Shown here: positions 1 to 9,475 of the stretch, in pieces
Layout: each line of letters opens with the position of its first letter
Numbering within the stretch: the stretch's first letter is position 1
Assembly: GCA_964443815.1 (NCBI GenBank)
Contig: CAYUFG010000001.1
Coordinates: 1-55,868 of the forward strand
Source of the DNA: an uncultured Halobacteriales archaeon
Lineage (GTDB): Archaea > Halobacteriota > Halobacteria > Halobacteriales > Haloarculaceae
Direction: 5' to 3'
Length of the DNA: 55,868 nt
Notes under the pieces: model-generated
The model's database searches: none
What the model saw: the letters and a program-made list of their open reading frames with translations, nothing else
What the model was told of the DNA's origin: nothing
Position numbers and translations under genes: made by a program

Positions 1-1
1 A

Positions 2-172
2 CCGGTGACAGTGGCTGAGGAAGTGGTCAGACTCTCCGAGGGGATCGGTATCGACTGCGTCGTTATGTCGACCCACCGCCCGGGGGTTCCGCACGAGGCC
101 GTGCTCGAATCGATCCGCCTGACCGGCGACCGCGTTATTCCCGCCGTTCGTGACCGGATCGGCGACGACTAA
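2..172 (+). CDS. C-terminal fragment of a luciferase-like monooxygenase (LLM) family oxidoreductase; the 5' end lies outside the window
   Basis: Frame 2 is open from the window edge to TAA at 170-172 (...VAEEVVRLSEGIGIDCVVMSTHRPGVPHEAVLESIRLTGDRVIPAVRDRIGDD*). The tail parallels the C-terminus of the LLM at 48299-49297 (...GIDCLIIYMHRPDIPQAETLAAMERFGDEVIPQV...). It is absent from the ORF track because there is no start codon in the window. Confidence 0.6.
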   Translation, partial: PVTVAEEVVRLSEGIGIDCVVMSTHRPGVPHEAVLESIRLTGDRVIPAVRDRIGDD

Positions 173-253
173 CTACGAGGAACCACCAACCGAGACAGAA
201 ATCTCCCGTTTCGGAGTCCCCACTCGTGGTGGATAACCGCGCTCTCGGAGCCG

Positions 254-1243
254 CTACGCGTCGGGGGCGAGTTCCGTGACCGTCCGGTCTCGGAGTTCCT
301 CGTCGACGCCCATCGGGATGGTGACGATGACGTCGTCGACTACGTCCTGCTCGGCGAGGTCGTCGAACCGGTCGCGGGCGGTGGACGGCGTGCCGACGAT
401 GGCCAACTGGTGGAGCATCTCGTCCGTCACCGCAGCCCGCGCGTCGTCGCGGTCACCGGACCGCCAGGCAGCTGCGACCTCTTCGGCCTGGTCCGGGAAC
501 GACAGCGCGGCGGCGTTCTTGTAGCCGTCGCTGCTGCCGAGGTAGTACGCGAGGTGATTCCTGACGGCCGCGATCGCCTCGTCCGGATCATCGCTCACCG
601 CACACGGGACGTACGGCGAGACGGTGATGTCGTCGGGGTTCCGACCGGCGTCCCTGGCGGTTTCCGCGATCGTCTCGTACGTCTCCGACAGCTGGTCGAA
701 GGGGATGTTGTGTGGCAGCCAGCCATCGGCGACGCGGCCGGTCGCGCGGCGGTTGGCGGGGCCGAGTGCCGCCGCGTAGACGGGCAGCGGCGTCTCCAGC
801 GACGGGAAGTCCGCGACGTCGAACACCTCGCCGTCGTATTCGACTCGCCCGTCGCTGTCGAGGAATGCCTTCGCGAGTTCGATCGTCTCGTGCAGCCGGC
901 GAGGCGGGTTGGCGAAGGCCATCCCGTGGAGGTCGTCGACGACCTTCTCGGTGCTCGTGCCGATGCCGAGGCGCACGCGGCCGTCCGCGCCGTTCGCGAG
1001 CGTCGCCGCGGCCTGGGCCAGCGTCGCCGGCGACCGGCCGTAGGCGTTGACGATGGCCGTCCCGAGGTCGATCGTCTCGGTCCGTTCCGCCGCGCGGGTG
1101 AGCGCGACGAAGGCATCGCGGCCCCAGAGCTCGGTCACCCAGAGGGCGTCGTAGCCGAGCGACTCGGCGTGGTCGGCGAACGATGCGACGTCGTCGTGGT
1201 CCTCAGGCGTGAGGAGGCCAGTCGCCATGGTTCGACCACTCAC
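254..1243 (-). CDS. LLM class (F420/flavin-dependent, Mer-like) oxidoreductase
   Basis: 329-aa ORF with SLGYDALWVTELWGRDAFV near the N-terminus, GRVRLGIGTS and ADGWLP segments typical of LLM TIM-barrel oxidoreductases. Composition is acidic. The overlapping antisense ORFs (410-1492, 595-1116) are R/G/P-rich artefacts. Confidence 0.85.
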   Translation of the reverse strand: MSGRTMATGLLTPEDHDDVASFADHAESLGYDALWVTELWGRDAFVALTRAAERTETIDLGTAIVNAYGRSPATLAQAAATLANGADGRVRLGIGTSTEKVVDDLHGMAFANPPRRLHETIELAKAFLDSDGRVEYDGEVFDVADFPSLETPLPVYAAALGPANRRATGRVADGWLPHNIPFDQLSETYETIAETARDAGRNPDDITVSPYVPCAVSDDPDEAIAAVRNHLAYYLGSSDGYKNAAALSFPDQAEEVAAAWRSGDRDDARAAVTDEMLHQLAIVGTPSTARDRFDDLAEQDVVDDVIVTIPMGVDEELRDRTVTELAPDA

Positions 1244-1473
1244 GCCCGGGACAACAGCGCTTCGGTCCGGCCGATGGCCGCCAGACCGGCTCGGCTTCGT
1301 GGAATGTTCGTGTGGAAACGAGTCGGTGAATCACCGAGACTCGAGGACGACGTCCACGACTTCAGACGTGGGGAGGACGTCAATTTTACCGACGGGTTCT
1401 ACACTGCCGAGCTCCTCCCCTTCTCGACAATGCGTCAGAACGTCGGGACAGCGTCGCCGATGAATGGCGTTCT

Positions 1474-2313
1474 TCAAGACGAGGATACCTGATAAACGAG
1501 TAGTGAGAAGACTAGCCCGAGGAGAAAACCAGTGGCATGTGATAGGACGTTGATGAAAGTGTCGCCGTGAACGACGTCGTCCGGCACCATCAAGAGGAAC
1601 AGCAGAGCCACGACGGCCCCAAAGCATCCGACCTGAACGATATTCTCGGCATGCTCTGCAACTCGCGCAGGGAGTCGGGCGAGGTCCGCCAGGCCGGTGA
1701 TATTGGCGAACGCAGCTGCAAACAGCAGACTGCCGAGGACGAACAGCCCGGCTAACGCTGGCGTCATGGCTCCCGTCGTTGCTGCGAGGACACCGAGGGA
1801 AGCCATCCAGATCAGCAACACAGCGAGTGTGCCGATCTGAGTCCCGTATTCGTCAGCGACGAAGAACCCGATCGCGGCGAGGAGCATCCCGCCGAAGGCA
1901 CTCACCACTGCCGAGATCCCCCTCGATGTTGCCCCGTCGGCCAGCACGCCGGCGTACTGGTACAGAACCACGTAATCGATCGCAGTCGTTATCGGGGGAA
2001 CGAGAACGACCAGGACTCCCGCCGTCAACCAGAATCGCCGGCGTGCCTGCAGGTGCGCCACGTACAGGAAATATCCGAACCCGATCGCGAGTCCGTACCC
2101 GACGATATTCCCGTAGAGATGCGTGTTGGAGCCGTGCAGCAGTGCTGCCGTCCATGCGGTGATGGGACTGGAATCCCCATAGGTGAACAGCAGCTGATTT
2201 GATAGCGCGTCGGGGAGGACGTAGTGAATCAGCGTGAGTGCGGCGGGGATCGCGAGGAGGACCGCGATGTCGATGAGGACTGGCTTGTGCTCGCCGAGGT
2301 CGGGTGTCCGCAT
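1474..2313 (-). CDS. Polytopic membrane protein with rhomboid-like motifs (function tentative)
   Basis: 279 aa and very hydrophobic, with multiple predicted TM segments. It has H-x4-H-x3-N (LLHGSNTHLYGN), G-x-S-x (RGISAVVSAFGG) and H-x2-G-x3-G (SHATGFLLG) in the order seen in rhomboid proteases. The Ser-to-His spacing is longer than in GlpG and the motif is GxSA rather than GxSG. Confidence 0.5.
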   Translation of the reverse strand: MRTPDLGEHKPVLIDIAVLLAIPAALTLIHYVLPDALSNQLLFTYGDSSPITAWTAALLHGSNTHLYGNIVGYGLAIGFGYFLYVAHLQARRRFWLTAGVLVVLVPPITTAIDYVVLYQYAGVLADGATSRGISAVVSAFGGMLLAAIGFFVADEYGTQIGTLAVLLIWMASLGVLAATTGAMTPALAGLFVLGSLLFAAAFANITGLADLARLPARVAEHAENIVQVGCFGAVVALLFLLMVPDDVVHGDTFINVLSHATGFLLGLVFSLLVYQVSSS

Positions 2314-2366
2314 TTTCGTGATCTATCAGTCTCCGGGATTGCCGGACCGATATGCTGTCCGGGGGC

Positions 2367-3341
2367 TCAGGGCTCTCGCCGGTGCAGTAGCTCGTCGATC
2401 AGACGGAGCTGGCGGTCGAGGTCGCCTGGCTCGGTCGTCATCGGGTGGAGGATCAGCTCGTCGAAGCCGAGCTCGCGGTATTCGGCGACCGTCTCCCTGA
2501 CGGATTCGACCGAGCCGGTCAGACAGCGGTCCATCCGCTCGTCGACGGGCCGACCCTCGGCGGTGATGTACCCGAAGACGTCGCGCTGCTCGCGTTTCGA
2601 TCGCTCGTCGTCGGCGCCGGGCACGAGGTGGACGTACTGTAGCGCGACGCGATCGAAGTCCGACTGGTCGCGCCCCTCGGCGTCGAGGTGTGACTCGACG
2701 TCGGCCAGGTCCGAGGCGATCATGTCCGTGTTACGGGGCGGCGCGATCCAACCGTCGGCATCATCCATGCGTGCGAGCACCCCGTCGGGAATCGACCGGT
2801 CGTCGCCCGTCCCCGCGCCGTCGCCGCCGGCGAGCAGCCGGGGCGGCTGGCCGAGCCGCGGCTCGAGCCTGAAGTCCTCGACCGAGTAGAACTCGCCGTC
2901 GTACGTCACGCGTTCCTCGGTGAACAGCCGTCTGACGAGCCCCAGAGCTTCGCGGTAGCGAGCACCCCGCTCGGCCATCGGGACGTCGACAGCCTCGAAC
3001 TCGGACTCGACGTAGCCCGTCCCGAGGCCGAGCGTGAGCTGCCGACTCGCCAAGTGCTGCAGCGTCGCCGCGCGCTTGGCGAACAGGATGGGGTCACGCA
3101 GCGGCAGCAACAACACGCTCGTGCCGACCGGGAGCGTCTCCGTCTCGCCGGCGGTATAGCTCAGCGTCGTCAGCGGGTCGAGCAGCGAACTCGCGTAGGT
3201 GGGACTCTCTGCGAGGTGCTCGATGAGGTACGCGCCGGCGAAGTTGCGGTCGTCGGCGTCACGGACGTACCGGCGGAAGCGGTCCGGCGGGATAGCGTGG
3301 CTCGGGCTCGAGAACGACGGCAGGCCGATCGAGAGTCGCAT
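2367..3341 (-). CDS. LLM class flavin/F420-dependent oxidoreductase
   Basis: 324 aa with FAGAYLIEHL, LPVGTSVLLLPLRDPILFAKRAATLQHLASRQLTLGLGTGY, ERGARYREALGLVRRLF and the C-terminal ...ELILHPM... pattern of the LLM family. Confidence 0.85.
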   Translation of the reverse strand: MRLSIGLPSFSSPSHAIPPDRFRRYVRDADDRNFAGAYLIEHLAESPTYASSLLDPLTTLSYTAGETETLPVGTSVLLLPLRDPILFAKRAATLQHLASRQLTLGLGTGYVESEFEAVDVPMAERGARYREALGLVRRLFTEERVTYDGEFYSVEDFRLEPRLGQPPRLLAGGDGAGTGDDRSIPDGVLARMDDADGWIAPPRNTDMIASDLADVESHLDAEGRDQSDFDRVALQYVHLVPGADDERSKREQRDVFGYITAEGRPVDERMDRCLTGSVESVRETVAEYRELGFDELILHPMTTEPGDLDRQLRLIDELLHRREP

Positions 3342-3421
3342 GGGCTCACTGCCGGTCGAATCGGCATAAATCGGTCGGGCAGGTCGGTACCGTCATGTAG
3401 CGGGCGGTCCGTGCCTCGGCC

Positions 3422-4264
3422 ATGAACGACACCGACGACTGGTACGAGACGACCGCCTTGACGGACGGTATCGATGCCGTCGACACGCCACACGCGAGGA
3501 CGAGCCGGGTTTTCGTGGTCCACGGGTCGGAGGCGACGGTCGTCGTCGACGCCGGCCGCGGCATCGGCGATCTCCGTGGCTACCTCGGGCTGGATGCGTC
3601 GACGCGGCTCGTCCTGACGCACTCTCACTGGGACCACGTCGGCAACGCCCACCAGTTCGCGAACGTCTCGATCGACCGCCGCGAGCGCAACTCGGACGGC
3701 TCGGTCACGCTGGACGTCGTCTCCGAGGTGTTTCTCAAGCGGCCCGGCCAGTTCATGGACAATCACCTCGACCAGGGCCGACCGCTGCCCGAGGGCGTCG
3801 ACCCCGAAACATTCGATATCCCGCCTGTGCCGGCTGCCGACACCCACGCCGACGGCGACCTCCTCGACGTGGGCGATCACGAACTCGAACTCGTCGGTAT
3901 TCCGGGTCATACCGGCGGGCAGACGGGCGTTCTCTCTCGGTCGGACGGTGTCTTTCTCGCCGCCGACCTCGTCCACGTCGACCGCAACCTCTACGTCCAC
4001 TTCGACGACTCCGATTTGGCCGCCTACATCGAGTCCTTCGACGACACGATCGACCGCTGGGAAGCCGGCGAATTCGACGTGCTCGCGACGGCGCACAACG
4101 AGCCGATGGACCGCGACGAGATCGACCTGCTCTACCGGCTCCGTGACGGGCTCGTTTCGATCGCCGACGGCGACCGAGCCTTCGAACGCGTCGAGACCAA
4201 CTGGGGGCCAGCAAACGAGTACGAGGTCGGCGATTCGACCGTCCTGGTGTCACCCGACGAGTAG
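3422..4264 (+). CDS. MBL-fold metallo-hydrolase
   Basis: 280 aa with the HxHxDH metal motif (LVLTHSHWDHVGN) and a later GIPGHTGG histidine. Composition is acidic. Confidence 0.85.
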   Translation: MNDTDDWYETTALTDGIDAVDTPHARTSRVFVVHGSEATVVVDAGRGIGDLRGYLGLDASTRLVLTHSHWDHVGNAHQFANVSIDRRERNSDGSVTLDVVSEVFLKRPGQFMDNHLDQGRPLPEGVDPETFDIPPVPAADTHADGDLLDVGDHELELVGIPGHTGGQTGVLSRSDGVFLAADLVHVDRNLYVHFDDSDLAAYIESFDDTIDRWEAGEFDVLATAHNEPMDRDEIDLLYRLRDGLVSIADGDRAFERVETNWGPANEYEVGDSTVLVSPDE

Positions 4265-4273
4265 TCCAACCCG

Positions 4274-5185
4274 TCAGTCCAGGCCGATTCGGGAGCGGAA
4301 GGGCGCGCGACCGGTCACGCCAGGCCGACAGCGCAGCGTCGCGCCGGCGAGGTCGCCGTACTCCTCGCGGTCCTGACCGCCACCGGTCGTGACGTAGAGC
4401 TCGTCCAGCTCGGCGCCACCGAAGGCCACGCTCGCGGGGAACGCAACTGGCGTTTCGTACCGCGCCCGCTCGGTCCCGTCGGGCGCCAGCCTGGCGAGTT
4501 CGCCGCCGTAGGCCAGCGCCGTCCACACGTCGCCAGCTGCGTCGACCGTCAGCCCGTCGGGGAAGCCGCCGTCCTCGTCGAAGGTGGCGAACGTCCGCGC
4601 GTTCGAGAGCACGCCCGTGGCCCGATCGTAGTCGAAGGCGTGGATCGTCCACTCGTGTGACTCGGCGTAGTAGAGCGTCTCGAGGTCGGGACTGAACCCC
4701 AGGCCGTTCGAGAGTTCGACCCCCTCGCGGAGGCACGCGAACGATCCGTCGATGTCCAGGCGATAGAGCCGGCCAGGGGCGTCGTCGGTACCCTTCGTGC
4801 CACAGAAGACCCGCCCCTCGGGATCGGCGACGACGTCGTTGAACCGCGCCTCCGTCAACTCGCCAGGTGAGACGAGGGTATCGACCACGCCCTCTCCATC
4901 ACGCCAGACGCGGACCGTCCCTCGGTCGAGGAACAAGAGCAGTGAGCCGTCGGCCTGGAACGTGAAGGCGGCGAGCTCTTTGTCACACTCGTAAACCGTC
5001 TCGACAGTTTCTGCGTCCGGATCGTACCGGAAGAGCCGCCCTTCGTAGATGCCGACCCAGTAGAGGACGCCGTCGCCGTCGTGCCAGAGCGGGTTCTCGC
5101 CGACGCGGAGCGGCTCGTCCGCGACGACGTCGAACGCGAGTTCGTCCGTGGATCCCATGGGATCGATTGCGCCCGGCGGTGCCAA
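4274..5185 (-). CDS. SMP-30/gluconolactonase/LRE family protein (lactonase-type beta-propeller)
   Basis: 303 aa with GENPLWHDGDGVLYWVGIYEGRLFRYDP, NDVVADPEGRVFCG and PDGLTVDAAGDVW repeats characteristic of the family. The start could instead be the internal Met at 5158. Confidence 0.85.
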   Translation of the reverse strand: MAPPGAIDPMGSTDELAFDVVADEPLRVGENPLWHDGDGVLYWVGIYEGRLFRYDPDAETVETVYECDKELAAFTFQADGSLLLFLDRGTVRVWRDGEGVVDTLVSPGELTEARFNDVVADPEGRVFCGTKGTDDAPGRLYRLDIDGSFACLREGVELSNGLGFSPDLETLYYAESHEWTIHAFDYDRATGVLSNARTFATFDEDGGFPDGLTVDAAGDVWTALAYGGELARLAPDGTERARYETPVAFPASVAFGGAELDELYVTTGGGQDREEYGDLAGATLRCRPGVTGRAPFRSRIGLD

Positions 5186-5291
5186 ATATGCGCCGGGCGT
5201 GGGCGGACGGCCCTCAGCAAAACATCCTCGGAGTACGATCGACGTATCGGGGGAAGGTATTATTGTACCCCTGGTTGCACCCGCTCACGCA

Positions 5292-6065
5292 ATGAAACTC
5301 GTCTACCACAGCCTTGGCAACTTGGAGCGCCTGTCGGGCTACGCGGACGCGATGGTCGACTACCTCGACGACGTCTCCCGGCCGGACACCGATGTCGAAC
5401 TGCGCGGGACGCCCAAGGGCGGCCTCGCGGACACGTATCGGTTCTTCTCCTTCCAGGACGAGCAGGGCGTCGCCGAGACGATCGCTCGAGAGCGCGAGCG
5501 CGTCGACGGCATCGCGGTGGGCAACATCCTCGACCCAGCAGTCAGGGAGGGCCGATCGATCGCCGACATCCCGATCCTCGGCCTGGGCGAGGCATCGTAC
5601 ATGACCGCGATGACCGTCTCGGAGACGGCGGCGCTGGTCCCGCTGACGCCGGAGTGGGAGCCCCAGTTGCGCGACCGCATCCGGATGTACGAACTCACCG
5701 AGCGGATTCCCGTCGTCCGCGGGATGGACATCAGTTTGAACAGTATGGCCGAGGCGTTCCACGACGACGACAAGCGCCAGCAAGTTTTGGACGGCTTCGA
5801 CGCCGCGGTCGCCGAGTGCGTCGACGAGGGCGTCGAACTCGTCATCCCCGGCGGCGGCATCATCTCCATGCTCCTCAACCAGGAGGGTATCACCGAACTG
5901 CACGGCGTGCCCGTCATGGATCAGGTGACCGTGCTGACGAAGTTGACCGAGACGTACGTCGACCTCTACGAGTTGGGCGCACTGCAGACCAGCCGAAAGC
6001 GCATGTACGCGTCCCCCGATGAGGACTTCCTCGACGAGTTGTTGGACCACTACGACCTGGAGTGA
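5292..6065 (+). CDS. Asp/Glu/hydantoin racemase-fold protein lacking the catalytic cysteine pair
   Basis: I start at ATG 5292 (MKLVYHSLGN...), in frame with the track ORF 5148-6065. DGIAVGNILDPAVRE...IPILGLGEAS and ...GVPVMDQVTVLTKLTE...LQTSRKRMYASP parallel hydantoin racemase segments as I recall them (ACFGDPG, LGCAGM, ...SKRGAYA.P). The protein has a single Cys (AECVDEG). Confidence 0.7.
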   Translation: MKLVYHSLGNLERLSGYADAMVDYLDDVSRPDTDVELRGTPKGGLADTYRFFSFQDEQGVAETIARERERVDGIAVGNILDPAVREGRSIADIPILGLGEASYMTAMTVSETAALVPLTPEWEPQLRDRIRMYELTERIPVVRGMDISLNSMAEAFHDDDKRQQVLDGFDAAVAECVDEGVELVIPGGGIISMLLNQEGITELHGVPVMDQVTVLTKLTETYVDLYELGALQTSRKRMYASPDEDFLDELLDHYDLE

Positions 6066-6115
6066 CCGTCGGAGACAGCGAATAAACTAAGAGACGTCTG
6101 GCGGATTAGTCGTCC

Positions 6116-7519
6116 ATGCAGTACGACCTCGTCGTCATCGGCACCGGCACTGCGGGGACGGCCGCCGCCGTGGCGGCCGCCGAGGCCGACCCCTCGCTGG
6201 ACATCGCCTTCGTCGAACGAGCGCCGGAGGGCGAACACGGGGGCAACTCCAGATACACGGACGCCTACATGCGCCTCCAGGAGGACGGCTCGCCGGCGCC
6301 GAACTTCCGGGAGGATTTCAGGGAGTTCTCGAACGGGAAGGCCGACGAGGCCATCGTCGACCGCATCGCCAGCGATGCCAAGGAGACGATCGACTGGCTT
6401 CGGGACCACGACGTCGAGTTCGAGCAGCTCGAGACGATGTTCCTCACCGCCTCCCGGCCGCGACTCCTCCCCATCGGCGGCGGCCTCGCCATCGTCGAGG
6501 CGCTCCTCGAAGACGCCCGCGACGCCGGCGTCGACGTCCACTTCGAGACCACGGCCGAGGAGCTCGTCCGCGGCGAGGACGACGGCATCGAGGGGCTGTG
6601 GGTGCGCGAGAGCGCCGGGACATCTCAGTTGATCGAGACCGACAACGTCGTCATCGCCTGCGGTGGCTTCGAGGGTAACCCCGAGATGCTGGCTCAGTAC
6701 GTCGACGGCGACGTGACGGAACTGCCGACGATCGCCCCCGGCGGCGAGCAGAACATGGGGGAGGGAATTCGGATGGCGATGGACGTCGGTGCGGACACCG
6801 ACGGCCAGTTCCGCAAGTTCCACGCCGAGCCGATCGACCCCCGGAGTGATGCACCCGAGGCGGCCATCATGGCGTTTCCCTACGGCATCCTCGTCAACAA
6901 ACGCGGCGAGCGGTTCGTCGACGAGGGCGGCCGGACCGTCGACGAGCACTACGAGTACGTCACCCGTCGGATCCGCGAACAGCCCGACGGCATCGCGTAC
7001 CTCGTCGCCGACCAGAAGATCTTCGACGTCCCGAAGATCGAGCACTCGCTGCAGACGCCGGAGGAACCGATCGAGGCCGAGCCCGACTTCGCGAGCGACG
7101 ACGACCCGCTCGAGACGACCGTCGACAACCTCGCCGCGCAGATCGACGTCGACGCCGACCGACTGCTGGACACCGTCTCGGACTACAACGATTCGGTCAA
7201 CGACACCGAGTTCGACCCGTTCACGACGGACGGCAAGGCCGCCGCCGTCGACCCGCCGAAGTCCAACTGGGCTCAACCGTTGGACACGCCACCGCTGGTC
7301 TGCTGGCCGATGCAGTGTTCGATCGTGATGACGTTCGGGGGCGTCGCGACCAACGACCAGGCACAGGTCGTGAACCCCGACGGCCGCCCGATACCTGGGC
7401 TGTACGCCGCCGGCGAAGTTACCGGGCTGTACTTCGACAAGTACGCCGGCGCGACGAGCGTCCTCCGCGGGCTGGTCTTCGGCCGGCTGGCCGGCCAGCA
7501 CGTCGCCGGCGAGGGCTAG
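6116..7519 (+). CDS. FAD-dependent oxidoreductase, fumarate reductase/tricarballylate dehydrogenase (TcuA)-like flavoprotein
   Basis: 467 aa with an N-terminal dinucleotide fold (DLVVIGTGTAGTAAA), GGNSRYT, and C-terminal GLYAAGEVTGLYF. Length and layout match TcuA-type flavoproteins. It sits 50 bp downstream of the racemase-fold gene on the same strand. Confidence 0.8.
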   Translation: MQYDLVVIGTGTAGTAAAVAAAEADPSLDIAFVERAPEGEHGGNSRYTDAYMRLQEDGSPAPNFREDFREFSNGKADEAIVDRIASDAKETIDWLRDHDVEFEQLETMFLTASRPRLLPIGGGLAIVEALLEDARDAGVDVHFETTAEELVRGEDDGIEGLWVRESAGTSQLIETDNVVIACGGFEGNPEMLAQYVDGDVTELPTIAPGGEQNMGEGIRMAMDVGADTDGQFRKFHAEPIDPRSDAPEAAIMAFPYGILVNKRGERFVDEGGRTVDEHYEYVTRRIREQPDGIAYLVADQKIFDVPKIEHSLQTPEEPIEAEPDFASDDDPLETTVDNLAAQIDVDADRLLDTVSDYNDSVNDTEFDPFTTDGKAAAVDPPKSNWAQPLDTPPLVCWPMQCSIVMTFGGVATNDQAQVVNPDGRPIPGLYAAGEVTGLYFDKYAGATSVLRGLVFGRLAGQHVAGEG

Positions 7520-8262
7520 GCCGTCACGCCGCCGTCGACGACCACGTTCTCGCCGTGGACGTACGCCGCCATGTCGCTCGCGAGAAACGTCGCCACGCCG
7601 GCCACGTCCGACGGTTCGCCGAATCGTCCCGCGGGGACGGCCTCCTCGACCTCCGCGACGTACTCGTCGTCCGCCCGGCGGTCGGCGTTGAGATCAGTTT
7701 TCACGGCCCCCGGCGAGATGGCGTTCACCCGGACGCCGTCCTCGGCGAAGGCGTGGCACATCTGGCGCGTCACCGCGACGATTCCACCCTTCGTGGCTGT
7801 GTAGGCGGGGTCGACGGTGCCGCCCTGGAGCCCCCACGTCGACGCCATGTTGACGACGGCACCGCCACCGCGGTCGGCCATCGCGGGCAGGACGAGGCGA
7901 GAGACGCCGAACAGACCACCGAGATTGACGTCCACGGTCCGGTCCCAGACCGCACGGTCCATCTCCGCCCACGATTCACGGGGGAAGATGCCCGCGTTGT
8001 TCACGAGCACGTCGATCTCACCGAGCTTCTCGCGGGTTCGATCGACCAGGGTCTCGGCGTCACGCGGGTCGGAGATGTCCGCGCCGACGTCGATCGCGGC
8101 CTGTCCGGCCGCCTCGACGGCCGAGACGACCGCCGTTCCGGGCTCGTCGTCGGGGTGGTGGTTCACCGCCACGTCCGCGCCGTTCCTGGCGAACGATTCG
8201 GCGATGGCCCGGCCGATGCCCCGGCTCGACCCGGTGACGAGCGCCGTCTTGCCCTCGAGCAT
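7516..8262 (-). CDS. Classical SDR family oxidoreductase (FabG-like)
   Basis: 248 aa with TGSSRGIGRAIA (TGxxxGxG), NNAG and YTATK (YxxxK). Its stop overlaps the stop of 6116-7519 within CTAG 7516-7519. Confidence 0.9.
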   Translation of the reverse strand: MLEGKTALVTGSSRGIGRAIAESFARNGADVAVNHHPDDEPGTAVVSAVEAAGQAAIDVGADISDPRDAETLVDRTREKLGEIDVLVNNAGIFPRESWAEMDRAVWDRTVDVNLGGLFGVSRLVLPAMADRGGGAVVNMASTWGLQGGTVDPAYTATKGGIVAVTRQMCHAFAEDGVRVNAISPGAVKTDLNADRRADDEYVAEVEEAVPAGRFGEPSDVAGVATFLASDMAAYVHGENVVVDGGVTA

Positions 8263-8286
8263 GGCGCGACCCTACGCCGGCCACCG

Positions 8287-8293
8287 TAAATAA
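8287..8293 (-). promoter_or_regulatory. TATA-like box for the SDR gene 7516-8262 (tentative)
   Basis: The plus-strand TAAATAA reads TTATTTA on the minus strand. It is centred about 28 nt upstream of the start codon at 8262. This spacing is expected for a leaderless haloarchaeal transcript. Confidence 0.3.
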
Positions 8294-8366
8294 CGGGCGG
8301 CCTTCTCTCGAAATAGGGCCACGTCGGCGTGCGGTCCGGAAACGTGTTCGCAAGCGGACCCACACA

Positions 8367-8373
8367 GTATTTG
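8367..8373 (+). promoter_or_regulatory. TATA-like box for the uxuA-like gene (tentative)
   Basis: GTATTTG is centred about 27 nt upstream of ATG 8397, in the same 134-bp divergent intergenic region as the box at 8287-8293. Confidence 0.3.
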
Positions 8374-8396
8374 GCGGTGATGGCGCTACGGCGGGC

Positions 8397-9437
8397 ATGG
8401 CCACACCGACCGAGCCCGACCGCGACCGGCTCGACGCCATCGCCGACCTGCCGATGCGCGTCGGCTGGGGAACGTACCGATCGTTGGGGGCGTCCCACCT
8501 GCGGCTCGTCCGCCAACTCGGCGTCGAGGACCTACTGATCATGCCCTGGCCCTTCGAGGACCGGGAGGGGGCGATTCCGCGGGCGGAGTCCTGGACGTAC
8601 GACCAGCTCCGTCGGCGACGCGACACGATCGAGGATGCGGGCCTCCGGCTGGCCGCCATCGAGATGATGCCGACGCCGCTCTACGACATCCTCCTGGCCG
8701 ACCCCGCAGACCGTGCGGACCTGATCGAGGGGATTCAGGAGACGGTCCGCAACATGGGCCGGGCGGGCGTGCCGATCCTGGGCTACAGCGGCCTGCCGCC
8801 CAGCGGCGTCGGCCGGACAGACCGCGAGGCGACCGCACGGGGCGGCGCCAGGACCACCGCGTTCGACGCGTCGGCGATGGACCAGTCGCCTATCGTCGAC
8901 CGCGAGGTCAGTGAGGCCGAACTGTGGGCTGTCTACGAGGAGTTCCTCGCGGCCGTCTTGCCGGTCGCCGAGGAGTGGGGGGTCACGCTCGCTGTCCACC
9001 CGAGCGATCCGCCGGTCGAGGAGATCGGCGGTGTTCCGCTGTTGTTCCGCTCGCGGGAGACGTTCGACCGCGCGATGGAGCTCGTCCCCTCGGACAACCA
9101 CGGCCTGAAGTTCTGCGTCGGCTGCTGGTCGGAGATGGGCGAGGACGTCCCTGCGGTGATCGACCACTTCGGCGACGACATCGCCTACGTCCACTTCCGC
9201 GACGTCGTGGGGACCGTCCCCGAGTTCTACGAGACGTTCCTCGACGATCCCGACGCGAACTTCGACGCCTACGACGTCATGGCGGCGCTCGCGGACGCCG
9301 GCTTCTCCGGTGTGATGACGCCCGACCACGTCCCCCAGGTCGAGGGCGAGGAGCGGGCAAAACTCGGCGGTCCCCGCGGGCACGCCTTCACCGTGGGGTA
9401 CCTCAAGGGACTCCTCTCGGGCGTCGAGCGCCGCTGA
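8397..9437 (+). CDS. uxuA: Mannonate dehydratase (UxuA) family protein
   Basis: 346 aa. [24 protein letters not shown] matches E. coli UxuA [33 protein letters not shown] and VMTPDHVPQ match the UxuA IYFTHLR and MRPDHGHQ segments, all recalled from memory. Confidence 0.75.
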   Translation: [346 protein letters not shown]

Positions 9438-9475
9438 TCACAACGCTTTTCGAGTCGCTGGCGGTGGTGACGGCC

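Noticed and set aside
1304-1492. A small acidic ORF (62 aa, MFVWKRVGESPRLEDDVHDFRRGEDVNFTDGFYTAELLPFSTMRQNVGTASPMNGVLQDEDT) lies in the 230-bp gap between the LLM gene and the membrane protein gene.
   Set aside because: It is the tail of an antisense artefact ORF (410-1492) and has no recognisable family. It would overlap the 3' end of 1474-2313 by 19 nt. The composition is halophile-like, so it is not impossible, but the evidence is insufficient to call it.
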